Of a DNA stretch of 64,000 bases, positions 41,101 to 54,742 are shown in pieces. The stretch's first letter is position 1, and every line of letters begins with the position of its first letter. The position numbers and the translations under genes are program-made. The notes beneath the pieces are model-generated. The model was not told the origin of the DNA and searched no databases. It saw nothing but the letters and a program-made list of their open reading frames with translations. The DNA is from Trichoplax sp. H2 (Eukaryota), in the NCBI GenBank assembly GCA_003344405.1, contig NOWV01000101.1:186001-250000 (forward strand), read 5' to 3'.

Positions 41101-42599
41101 AATTATTGAATTAATCTTCGCCATTCAATCTCCGCTTGAACAAGGTTAGTATGATTAATACAACATCGATGCATTATCCTTCGTCAAGTGTTGAATTGTT
41201 CTACAATGTTATGGCCTAATCATCATCAAATAACTATTCACAGTGACGATATCCTTTTGCCTTGATTAGCACGTAATTATTATTTGGATTATATTAACGA
41301 TAAACATATGGGCGGCTAATTAGTCCAAAGTGATCCTAATTTGACCCAATTGCATTGAGTATCACTAAATTGAGACATAATGGATAAAAATATGACATAG
41401 CAGTACTAATTCCATGGATACTTGTATTTAAAGTAGTGCCAAGTGTGAGTATGAATTGAAAAGAACGATTGAAACATGGCGATGAAAAGGATAGTTCAAT
41501 TCGGATCGATCAGTTAGGCAATTATGCAAGTCAAATTGCAGTCTGTTTTTTTCTACATATTGATTCGTTATTCATCGATAGTACTGTACATGCATAATAT
41601 ACTCTTATTGTTATTTCATCAACATTGATGTTAAAATGTTTTCTTCTCCCTAATTTGACCATTGTTGCAATTAGATTTGAAAAGCAGTGATAACTTATAG
41701 AATGTTTAATGGAGATGACGTATAACTGAGTTTGTACTTTTTAGTCCACTTGCTAGCGTATTAGAATAGAAATGATCGAGAATTGAATACGGATAGGGAC
41801 AAAAAAATAACGGGAAAAAATAGTAGTTATCAAAAGTAACTCTTCATTAGCATTTATAGTCTAGTATAAACATGACAACTTTTAATAGGATATTATAGCC
41901 AAGGATAGAATTTTAGATTTTCTAAATCCATGACAAAGTTGATCATTCAAGTAGTCAGTGACAAGCTAGGGAGGATTAACCTACACTAATTATCTAATTT
42001 CTTTATACGTTTAAATAATTATTCATTTCTAGGTCGATTTTTTGACATTATCCACTCAGTTTTGATCGATTCAACAACACTATTAAAAGCTTTTACAAAA
42101 TACGAGTAACATCCTACTCTACTACTTCATAGTAATAGAGAATAGCATGGAAAGATTCCATGTGTACATATATAATATATACGATAAGTAAGGAATCAAC
42201 CAAATGATTGTCTTTGATGGGCTTTCCTTAGGGAATTTCGAATGAAATTACTACAAATTTACAATTAAAGATGCTTTTTATCTTAGTTGTAACACTAATT
42301 AGAAACTCTTGTGGTATATGAGTGTGTTTTTAAAGTCTTCAAATTGAAATAACAAGACATAAGTGGATACGAATTTCTTATTATAACTTTTAATTTAATT
42401 GAACATTATTATTATACTTCTATAATCGACTTATGTACCTTTTTTGAATATTATGTATTTATAATAAATCATGATAATGAACTAATGATACATGTGTTAA
42501 TAAATAGGATACAAAAAATAATATATGTAGAGTACTTTATTTCGTCAGTACTTGAATTGGATTTTTTATTTTTCAAAATAGAAGAATTCAAATTTCAAG

Positions 42600-45500
42600 A
42601 TGGAAGATTTAAAAACTCAATTAGATGAAAAAACCACTGCATTAAAAAACCTGCAACAATATCATGATAAGATGCAAGAAGATGCTAAAGAGGAAACTGA
42701 AGCCCTAATTTCTCAAGTTAAAAGTTTACAAGATCAACTACTTGAGGTGAAATATAAATATAAAAAGTAAACTGAGTAAAATGTTCTTGACATTTTTGCT
42801 TATATAAAGTGAAGTAGTAGTCTTGGTATGGGATGGAAATGGATTTCTTTAAATTATTTTTTAATTTAAATATCTTAAAATTAGCTTACTAATTACTTCC
42901 TTTAACATTCTCATTGTGTCTCCTGTCATATAATAACGGTTAAAATGGTATTAACGTCTACTATAGAGACGTATGTAATCATTTTCTCGGTGTTAAGAAT
43001 AAAAAAAAAAGTTCTATCGATTGCCTTTTACTAAATGTTAAATCTATTCTGTTATAGGTGAATGATCTTATGGAAGTAAAAAGTCTAGAAACGCTAAATA
43101 GAGATCAAAATGAAACGGATAAACTAGATGCAATGATCAAGCGTAATAAGAATTTGGAACAAACAATTTCAAACCTTTGGGAAAAGTTAGAACAGAAGAA
43201 CAATGAATTAAAATCTTCTGTTAATAATAGTGGTAATTATATATCTCCGTTATCCAACGCGGAAAACACATTAAATCCTACGCAACAAAGCTTATTAGAT
43301 TTACCAAGTGCTCAAATATCATTTCAAGCTCTATTATCCAAGTTAATGCTTCCATCTGATTTACAAACTGATCTATATAATTCATTTCATCAGTACTATA
43401 ACTCGGTCAGTTGTCTTCACAATTTATTTGAACTAGATGACAACGCCATATTAAAATCGGATGGAAAAGACGAAAATAAAATTGCAACCAATGAAAGTAA
43501 TACTGATTTAGTTGAAAAGTTAAAATATCGCCTTCAAGGAATCGCAAGCTCGATACAATCTATTGCTCAGTATATTTATAAATTAAGTCAAGCGTTAGGT
43601 GTGGATGGAATTAAAAATAATCGTAATTTGGATACAGCTAACAGTAAAGATCATGATTTAGAAGAAATCGAATCTCAGCTACATCAAAATTATAATGAAA
43701 TTATCCAGTGGATTTCAATACAGAATTCGTTAGCTGTTGAAAAAATTCAAAAATCAAAAGACCAACGTATACAACAACTAGAAGAAGCTATTAATAATCA
43801 AGATAATCAATTAATTCAATTAAATCAAATGAAAGATAAATTTGAAAACGAATTGCTAACTCAAGATCGACAAAGTACCAATCATATTGATAAACTAACT
43901 CAAAAATTAACCGATTTTAAGGATGAAAATTCTCATTTAAATCGTAAATGCCTAGAACTTGAAAGTTTATTAAAAAAGGCTACTGATGACTTTCACCAGA
44001 AAAATAAATCGTATGTACAACAGTGTCAAGGTATCCAATTTAAAATTGAGGATATGATCGTTACCAATCGACAAGAACTTGATCTACTACAGAAAGAATA
44101 CGAATTAAATAATTCAATAGACGGCGTAACAGCAGATAGTGGTAACAATTCTATTCAATTGCTTGACACGGAAGAAATTAAGATTCAGCGTAAAGAGTCG
44201 TTGAAAGAGTTAGAAATGAAATGGGAAGAATTACTTCATAGTGCTAAGATGGAAATTGTATCACTTAAAGAACAACACAATCATGAAATACAACTTCTTG
44301 ATGAAAAATATCGTGCAGATGTTGATAAATTACAAAAGAAATTAGAAGATAAGCCATTCAATGAAGCTGAAAATAAGAATCAAGAAGAAGAACTAATATC
44401 ATCTAATTATGGTAATGTTGTACTGCGAAAAAAGAATCGGAAGCAAAATAATATGCGTCCTTGGAATACTAATATCAAGTCCGATCAAGCCATTAAGTCG
44501 GCACTACTGAACGGCGATCAATCACAGCCGTCATCGTCAATAGTTACAGACAAATTGAATATAAATACTAACCGTATTGAAAATTTAAAAGTGCAATTTC
44601 ATCAAGAGATCACTAATTTGCTCACTCAAATTGATCGCTTAATTGTTAGTGAAAATGCAGATAATCAACAATTGCAAGCATGGGCAACTGCAATTCAACA
44701 ACTTCATACGGTTTATCAAGCTGAAGTGGATCTTTTATTTCAAGAATATAAAATTTTACAGCAGTCATTATCGATTGACAAACAACAAATAATTGATAAC
44801 TTAACTAAGCAACATCATGAAAATATACAAAAATTGAAGGAAACACTTGCTGCTGAAGCAGCAGAAAATGATTCAGTTAAGAGAAAAGAACTTGAAGATC
44901 ATTTTAATGAAAATTTGATTAATGTAACTGAAACTATAGAAAAACAATGTCAACAACATTACAAGGAAGAATTATCTATCATACAGAAACAAATGAATAA
45001 AGAAATAGATGACATGAAAAAGAGACATCATCAAGAATGGCTTGATTCACAAGATAAGGAAATCAATTTTTCATTAGCACTAGAAAATTTATCTGTGGAT
45101 CAGCAAAATTATCATCAAATATTACTTAAGAAAGAGGATGAAATATCGTCTAGATTGGAGCAATTTTGCGTTACCGAATTGGAATTGTTGAGAAATAAGT
45201 TAAGTACACTTGATGATAAAACATCAATTATCGATCAGTTGCAAGACAGCTTACTTCACTATAAACGTACCATGTTACAATTCATGTTTGAAGAAATACA
45301 GAAATATTACCAAAGTCATCAAGATGTAATAAACACATATCATCACAAAGTGGAAGCAAAAATGATGAATCTATACCAACAAGGTCTGGATAATGTACGT
45401 CAACAACATGAAGATAATATGAAAAAGATAAAAGAGGAAACTACAGCAACTTTAACATCACATCATGAAGTAGCTATGGCCCAGTTGAAAGATAATTACC

Positions 45501-48139
45501 AAAAGGAACTATTAAGTAAGATGGAATCGGCAAGGATCTCTTTAACAGCAAAATTAAATGAACAACATGAAGAAGAATTAAATAATTTACGTAATCATTT
45601 GCAAGATACTTATGAAAATAGCATTAGGGTAGCATTGGATGAATTAAAACGAAAAGAAAAACTATCTCAGGAAAAATTTGATGAAAGAGTTGAAAAAACC
45701 GTCGATGAAGTACTTGAACAACGATTGATGCAATATAATAATGAAATAAAAAAATTGCATGATCAAACCATTGATTTGGAGAGAAAGTTAGCCGAGCAAC
45801 AAAATATCAATGCTTTCACAAATGTTGAGAACGGCTCTCAGAATGTTGAAATTATCACTAACGATACAATAGATAATGCAAACGATCATACTAAAGAAAA
45901 ATCAAGAGATGTTCAAATGCAAGAAAGTAAATTAACTGATGGAAATGCAGAGGATATAAAACCTATAACAGATTTTCCCCGTGACTATCAATCTATCGTC
46001 AGCTCAATTGAATATTTACTGAACATTTCGAGATATCATGCGTCTATGGATAGCAATAAAGATAGCGATAATAATAATACATCATCATTGTTATTAACAG
46101 AAATGGTATTTGAATATCTCAAGAAGTTGGTACGTGGCCAAAAGACTGGAAAGCAAGAGCTTTCAGAGTCGGAAGTGGAAAAAATTCGTGCTTTAATAGA
46201 AGAATTAGAAAAGAAATGGACAAAGATTACACGTGATGATTGGATATCAGTGATTAATAGTAGCGCTTTAATATCGTCTCAGAAAGATGATTTTAACCTT
46301 TATGATGCTTTACCATACACTTTAACAACACTTAAAAATCTCATATCAAGCAATACGAATGATACAGATGAAATATCAGTACAGGGAAATGATTCTTCGA
46401 AGTTACGTTCACCTCATTATTTGGTGGTAATTCTCGAAACTGTATCTCAGCTTCTATTAGTAAACGCTTTGGAATTAGCACTTAATTGCAAATCACTAAG
46501 TAACAGTAAAAGTAACAGCAATTATAATGGAGGGCTTGTTACGGTTTCTACTACAGAAGGTAGACAGTCCTTTCCTCCGTTATATAAAGATTTTATGTTG
46601 CAATTAATATCGCAAATGGAATCAATGAAAAAAGACTTAAAACAGGTTCTTGAGTATTTTAGTACGATGAATCATGGTACTACTGAAGTTACTGCCTCAA
46701 CGATGAGGCAATATTTGCAGCCAATGTTGAAGAAAATCATGCAATTTATTGGAGATCCGACTGTAGTGGAAGAGACGTCTCGTCCTAGACTTGCTGATGA
46801 GCATATGAAAGCGCCAACTATTGCAGATAATGGTAAGAATAATAATGGCAGCGTAGAAGAAATCAATCTGAAAATAGATCGAAAAGTTATAACCTCCAAA
46901 AATTTGACAAGGGATCATTTTAATTACCTTGAAGCTATGATTGTTCAAAACTATCAATTTGATCGAATACTCGATTTAGAAATTGATAGAAAGTCGGTTG
47001 TTTACAGTCAAATTCAACTAGTAGTTGACAAGGAGTGTTTGGCTTTCGAAAAGCGCTGTAAGGCTCGGTTACAACAACAACTTGATTCAACCTTCACTAG
47101 TAATGAAATTAATATTTTAATGGAGCAATGTAATAAAGCTATAAAGGAAATACAGAGATACAGAAATCAATTGACGACTGAGTCAAATTCTAAAAGTGTT
47201 AATGATTTGAACGTTGCTAAAGAAAAATTTTATTCCGATTTAGTATCGCAAAAACAATTTGCAACGTGGCAACGCCACCGTATTGATGATGAAATAATCT
47301 GTTCATTAATCATTAAAGAATTGTTTATAATGCAATTAGATCAACTTGGTAAACAACAGGAATGCTTGCTTCATAAATTAGAGAAAGATGAAACATTTAC
47401 TATGCAGCAGAAATCGATTATTAATCAATTGGATGTGTTGGATAGCGATTTGCAACAAGAGAACCGGTTATTACGAGATTGGTTAGTTGAAGGTGATACA
47501 TATGGATATAATAACTATACAACTAAGTCCGATCAGTTGGACTATAATTCTTATCCGTCAAATAGTAGTGATCATTCTACTATATCTTCATATGTATTGA
47601 TCAATAATATGAGCAAAAAAGGAACGGAATTGAGTTCATATTCTACCGGGCAAAATAGCGAGCAGGAGAGTAAGGCATATTCTCGAAATGTTAGTGCAAG
47701 TACACCGATAGAATCTTCGTTTAAGAGGGTTAGCTTTACATCCCCGGCTCGTTCAAACAATAATGTTTCGTCCTGTAAGAGAAGTCCATCAAACGAAGGT
47801 AGCCTTAACTTGGGTAGTAAACTAACTGACAGCAGCCTAGCGAGCTCGTCGTTTGGCTATCATGTCAATGACGCTAATACTTTCTATAGCTCGAAAAGCA
47901 GTAGAGATAAATACAGCTATCACTCGATATCCAATATTGCGTCTCCGACTTCAAATGAATTAAACACTCTTACAAGCTATAATTCTCGAAATCAATCAAA
48001 TCATAGTCGTTCTAGTCTATATCGTCAACAGAGACTAACTCACAATTCAAAATATTGGGAAGAAATACAAAACCTTCGTCAAGATCTCGCTCTTCATCAG
48101 CATTTGCGGTCACAGCAGGATATATTTAATCTCAAGTAA
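42600..48139 (+). CDS. Large coiled-coil protein with Ser-rich C-terminal region, ~1742 aa, function unknown
   Basis: Exon 42582-42746 (acceptor aaatag, ATG at 42600: MEDLKTQLDEKTTALKNLQQYHDK...; donor GAG|gtgaaa) splices in phase 0 to gttatag|GTG at 43058, then a 5082-nt open frame to TAA at 48139. The 'M' at 43058 in the ORF track is a GTG at the acceptor. Q/E/K/L-rich heptads and HxxE motifs. No recognisable globular domain. The true start may lie further upstream. Confidence 0.85.
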
Positions 48140-51100
48140 TGTTGGTTTTCGATTCGAACAATAAATCAGAAGGTCAACTTAAAGTTTCGACGCTAGATAA
48201 TATATTCCAAATTTTTTAATTAATTAAGTCTTAAACCCATTGAGATTGTTTTTAGTGTACTAATTAAAAATTAGAGTGGATCTGTTATTCCTGCTAGCTA
48301 TGCTTGTTGATTGTTTAACGATTGCTATGAAGTGACTATGTAATTTGAAACTATGAAAGTAGAGAGTGAAATTCGATTACTAAGAAACCTTTTGCATCTG
48401 ATTGTGATCGGTATGAAAGTAAGCAAGTGATTATTATATTGTATTTTGTACAAGATTTAGCACAAATTTAGATTTTTGCCTACTTAAGCCTCAGCATTTA
48501 TCATTTATGAGAATGCAGCTTCCATACTGTTCGTTCTATCTTATTGCTATAAATACGATATTACGAGCACAGGCTATAGTAGAGAAACTTTATTTCCGCA
48601 GCTGTTGATGTTCTTGTATCATGTGTTGGCAATTATCATTCAATAATGATTATAAACCAGACATCTAAAATTGTTACCGCTATCATGAGTACTTTATAAA
48701 AATTTTTCATGTACGGCTTGATTTCAGAATTGTGTAAAAAGGCTATTAAGTTAAAGATTTGACAGTAGTATTCCCGCTATAGAATCATAGTTTTGGTTGC
48801 AATTTCTTTAACGGCGATAAAGAATAATGATTCACACATGATAAGAACTGATTTAGATACCCATGTAAGTTACGTACAAAGTTTATACGATTTTATGATA
48901 ATTATTATATTTTAGAGTTGTAAATAGGCATTTTAAACCATAAAGCCTGTCAGTATTATTATTGCATATATTGTATTACACTTTCAACTGTTTATTTCCG
49001 TATAATATTTTTGTGAGGTAAAGTTAAATTTACCTCGCTTCGTGCAACTGCTAACTCGAACAGTTTAATTTGGTTTAATAGTGCTAAGCAAAATTGTAGC
49101 TAGCAGTTTGCTCTGTCTATCAAAGCAAATTTTCCTGTAAGTATATTTAATAGTAAAGAAACTACTGTTTCTGAACTAAAGTATTTCTTCCTCACTTTTA
49201 AAATTACATATATATTAAGTCTATACAAAAATTTGATGAGATATGCAAAGTTAAAAGTTTTATTCACATTTTCTTTCATCTTTAAAGAAACCAATGGTAA
49301 ACAGCTGCGAAAGTTACTAAAGTAATAAATATGCAATCTTCTACCCAGAGTAATGTTGTAGATGTTGTTTGTGGTGAGGATAACTGGTTCTCAGTTCAAA
49401 GCGATAAGGCTATTTTTTGCTGTACTAGGATTTACAAGAAAGAAAAATACCTAAAAAATATCTATAATGTACTACTGTGTTGAGTTATAAAGTCACTGCG
49501 GCAGAGAATTACCTCATTTTTGTCTCTTTAGAACAGTCCTGTCTTATATTGCATGAAATTGTATTTGATTTGGGCAATTAGTGGACATACACGTACATGC
49601 TTATCGATACCAGCTTTAGTACCTATTACATGCATCGTCTAAATTTTTATCAAGTAGCAAGTGAATATGCAGATACCTAGATCGTACTGTATACATGTGT
49701 GTGCGTCCATCTATAAACATGAATCAGGTAATTTGCTTTCTATACTCATTTCCAACTTGATACCAAACATAGGATATATATGTGTAGGATGAAGTTTGTG
49801 TTTTTGTTGAAAGCAAATTCACTATAAAATCAGCTAGAATGGCAGCTAACCGATTTGCTATTAGTTAAAGCACAACTGATATTCAATCACTGTTACATAA
49901 TTTGGATAAATTGATAAAAGTATGCACTAAATCAGTAAATGACGTGCATAATGTAATTAACTCTTCATCAGCTGCATCCCGGTAATCATTGGATTCTTTG
50001 CTGCATAAACAAAAAAATTACTTTTATTTAGGATAGTTATCGGAAATCAGTAGACAAATTGTAGATTAATTGAACGTTTCCAGATCAATTAAATGATTTA
50101 AAAGGCTAGTTTAATAAAATGGTGCATTTACATTCATTTTGTTAGTTGTTAGTTCGCATAGTAGTTGCTACTATTACGATATTATTGAATCAATTTTATC
50201 TTCTATTCCTTTAAGGTCATTCCTCTATGCTTTTTTAGCATAACATAATTTAATCTTAACAAACGTAGAAACTAGCTCGTTATTTAAATAAATTTTATCA
50301 TTTACGATATTCAGTTAGCTATGATTTCTTGCTGAGCATGATTATCCTCTTCACAGCGGTCAAGAAATTGGCAATGCAGATCAAAGAGGAAGTATTTTAA
50401 GATCTACGATTTTACTGACTTCAGCCAGTCTCAAAGTTTGTGTATTTTATTACGTTACTTGCTTTTATTTGACACTAAAAGCAAGAACTGTTCGCAGCAA
50501 CAATGTTCTCTACTATTTTATAAGAAAATTTTCTCTTCACTAATCGTAAACTAGCCATGATTAAGCACTTTGGCAGTCGTTAAGAAATTAACAATCCAGC
50601 GCAAAACAGGAGGTATTAATTGGTCCAGATTACATTACCTTGTCATGGAATTTATGTATATTATTTCTTCTTATTGAATACTAAAATAATAACAACCGTT
50701 TTATAACAATAACGTATTTTAGTATTAGAAAAAAATTAAAAAAACTGTTAGTCAGACTGGCATCTATTGAATCTGATTTGAATTTGTATATTGTAATTAA
50801 TTATTCTAATTTGTGTTGATTGATTGGCCATAGTATGGCTAAATTAGCTTGAAATTAATTAAGATTAATTGTGATAGTTTCTGTTGTTATTATCTTAGCA
50901 TTGTTATTTAAATAAGATTGTAGAATGGTATCATTGTCGTGGATAGTAGATCTATTTTCCTCATCGGCGTCGCTCCTATTGATATAAAAATTAAATTGTT
51001 CCGTTAGGCATCAACGCTACGCTATAAGCTACTAAAAGCGTTGTAGCTGTTATGGAAACCCCATCGATTGAATATAAATGGTAGTAAATTATACATATTA

Positions 51101-54100
51101 ATTATCTAATCGTTGTTCTTATAGATGTGTAGTACACTTTATCAATCGTTCTATAGGTTAATATATTTTTTATTGTATGCCAAGAACACTGAATAGCTTT
51201 GAAGGTTGAATTAATGCTTAAAGCTATAAACCATTATACGGTTGTATAGTAGACTCGAGAGGAAAGGAGAAGGAAACATATATTGATATCGGTACAAGAA
51301 ACGCTAAAAATAACTCAAATCTTGGTAAGTTTGCTCATTTTACTAGATAGAAACTACAGTTGGAATTGAATACTACTTTCTATGTTAACAACATGGATAT
51401 ATGAGCGGCGAAAAACATGCTGTAATTATTTTGTCTATGTAGAAAATTGAACTTAAGCTGCATCACACCTTGTATTTCCTTTTTCATTACCGCTACGACA
51501 TACAACAAATTATGATAGCATGGGCTGGTAGAATTAGTATCGATTTTAATATCGACCTAGCATCATACTAATGCTTGGAAATTACATTGTTATGCCTCTT
51601 CCGTCATGATAACTAAGTTAATTATTAGTTTAGTTCTATCTTCTAAGCTTAAGATTCAGTTAATTCGTTAAACATTGTACTCAGAAGAATTTTAAATTTA
51701 CACACTTTATCATTACCAAGTTCAGCTTCGATTTCGTTGTTATTACTAACAAAAATGATGGACGCTATCAACTTTAGACATAATATATACCGATAGAGAA
51801 TATGAAATTAAGTGATATTCAATTTACGTTTATGCTTGTCTTAGTTTAATGTAGTTCAATAATCGTAGGTAAATTTTAAACTTCCTACAATGGGTGTCTG
51901 CCTACCTAGGTCTAAGTTTAAAAGTTAGTTATTACATCCTTTGTGTACGTATCATTCTAGCTTCAATATAATTATACTGATACATGACAACAATTTTGAT
52001 TTCAATTGGGGTTATACTTAAAGAAAGCGATATAATAATATTATACCTACTTGCATATCATACATAACTCGAGCAGCTTCATCTTGATCTCTATCATTAT
52101 TCAGTACACTCAATAATCCGAAAAATAACGCCGTAGTTTAAATTCTGTTCTAACGGTTAACTTCGCGACTAGATCGTCTTGTGATTGCTTTTTTCAACAT
52201 GGATAATTAATAAGTGATTATATTCGGTTAGTATAGCTAGTATCAAGTGATGTAAAAAATCGATCTGAATTTATAGATTGATTCAGCCTCGGGTGAGTCA
52301 AGAGAATAAAAAAGGTCTTAGATAGAAATTTTGCATCTGCTATAGAATGTCGACAGTGGCTTGTGTTTAATATATTTTTGCAAAAAGGAGAAGAGTAGCT
52401 CGTTTCATCTATTTACAGTAGTCTAACCAAAAATAAGTTTTAAATAATTTGATCCGACAACATTTGAAGTAACATTGCATGTCCTCGTCTACTTAATTAT
52501 TACAATTGGCCCATAAAATTTGGCTTAGTAATGAAGGCAAGTCATTTTAGTATTTGGGATGGATCACGGTAATAGCTAATTTTTTCTATGTCACGTTTTT
52601 AATTCGCTATGACAGCAACGAGTTTAGAAGATCATCTATTTTTTCCTTAATTTCTCTATTTAAAAAGCAGACTGATGTAGATTAAAATCTATAAAGTAGC
52701 TTCGACATAGAGTTTTACAACCACTACGTGTTCTTTAATCGAGATATATACTACGCGATAGCTTACAAGTTTCTTGAATCTGTATCTCAAAATGATGATA
52801 TAACACTCATTATTTTCGCTTCCTTACTTAAAGTTTATTTAGGTACTTATGGTAATATGTAATCTTCTGAAAATCTTATTTCCGTAATTTAGTTCAAATA
52901 TGAGTAAATCGTGGAATGATAGTGAACAGTTAGCTCTATGCTTCCATGAGCTATTGATTTCCCCGTTCTGTATCTGCTATCATCAACTGAGAGATGAGAA
53001 TCAAGGCGGCAGATCGATAGACTTACTTTTCATTTCACGCTAAAGTATATTATTTTATAAATGAATATCAGATACGATTCAGAAATCGGAGAAATTAGTA
53101 TCATCTATTATAGCTATTATTTCTCCAAATTTCTATTAAACAGCATGGTAATCGTACCGTCTCTAAAAAGTAGCTTTTCTATGTGTTTCAAGTTATCATG
53201 AATATCATCCATAATTAAAGATTAATATGCTGTATAACAGCATATCTGAGATAATCATTTCTATTTAAAAGTGAAGCAGGATATTGCTTTATAGCTATCT
53301 ATGTACTTTGCTTTCAAACAAAAGATAGAAAACGATGACAAATCTTTTTATTTGCAATCCTTAATTAAGTTATAAGGTTGCTATTTGCGCCGTGTACTCA
53401 GTCCTTTAAAGTAAACTTATTGGCAATATCGTAACTATCCGTTAACAAATTGACATATTTCGATTAATTCTAACTTTTAAATAAAAATATATATCAGATA
53501 GGATGATAGATCTATGCAATCGATTACCGTTGAGTGAGAGCTTTTAAAGTTAAAACGTAAAGAGCACATTATAGTCATGACAGAAAATGACAGAATTCAA
53601 TACGGCCATCAATCAATATAACGAATTAGTTACTTGATATATATTATTAGACAATATCTATCATATAACATTATAACGTACCATTACTTGTTTTAAGGAT
53701 ATGATCAATTTCTACTTTTGTAATCTTCGAGAAGAATCTCTTCACGTCCCTGTCATGACGTTCTGACAGTGTGCATAATGGGCTTAAATATAGTTGTAAT
53801 CTCGTATAAATAGACAGAATTGTATATCGTAATAGTGCTCTACTGCAAAACAATATAGTCTATTACAGAGTGAATAATTTCATCGCATGAATGGATTTAA
53901 AACAGATAGTTTCTATATTTTTTCTTATATTTTGATGCTTAAGGCATTTTTTTATACTAAAAGTTTGCAATTTAATGAATAGCATACTGAGTAATATACA
54001 TAGATAATTGTCTGTTTTACCAAGTTATGCAGGCGTTAATTATTCAAAATAATGTATCCTTGCAAGTTTATTCATATAGATGGGTTATGCCAAAACTAGT

Positions 54101-54742
54101 CCGACTCTTTATTTACCGGATCTACTATAAATGGACTGCTTTAACTATTTATCATTGATGTATATTCGAATATATATCTATTTTGAGCAGTATTTCTTGA
54201 ATATTATTTCCTAAAATGTTTTATTGGATATGCTGTAAATATTACTATCAAATGTACTGTTAGGAAGGCTAATAGTGTACATACTGTAAGATTAGGTCAA
54301 ACTTAAAGTTAAACTAAATTTTACTATTCTATTTCTTTGAAAAAGACTGTATATCTTTATATAACTAGGCAATTTTGGGGTAACGTAGAGACGAAATCAA
54401 ATATTTAGAATATTAATATCTCAAGCAAATAATTGCCAGCCGTAATTAATTTTCTTGTTTTTGTTATAGTAATGGATATAGTTGCTTAGATGTTATTCAT
54501 CTGTATAGGCACCTTACAATGATGTTGAATGCAGAGTTACGTTATACTAAAATGGATAAATTTGTTTTGCGACAGGATTTAGCATAACTATCCATGATAG
54601 ACTTCCGAGCAGGGAGGACACACTTATTGTCGTGCCATAACTTCTCTGTGGCATAGCTACAAAATTTGAGTTGTTAATTGTGTTGGAGAACGCTATTCTG
54701 ACCCTGTGTCTCTGCTAATGCCATTCTGATTGAAAAAAAAAA

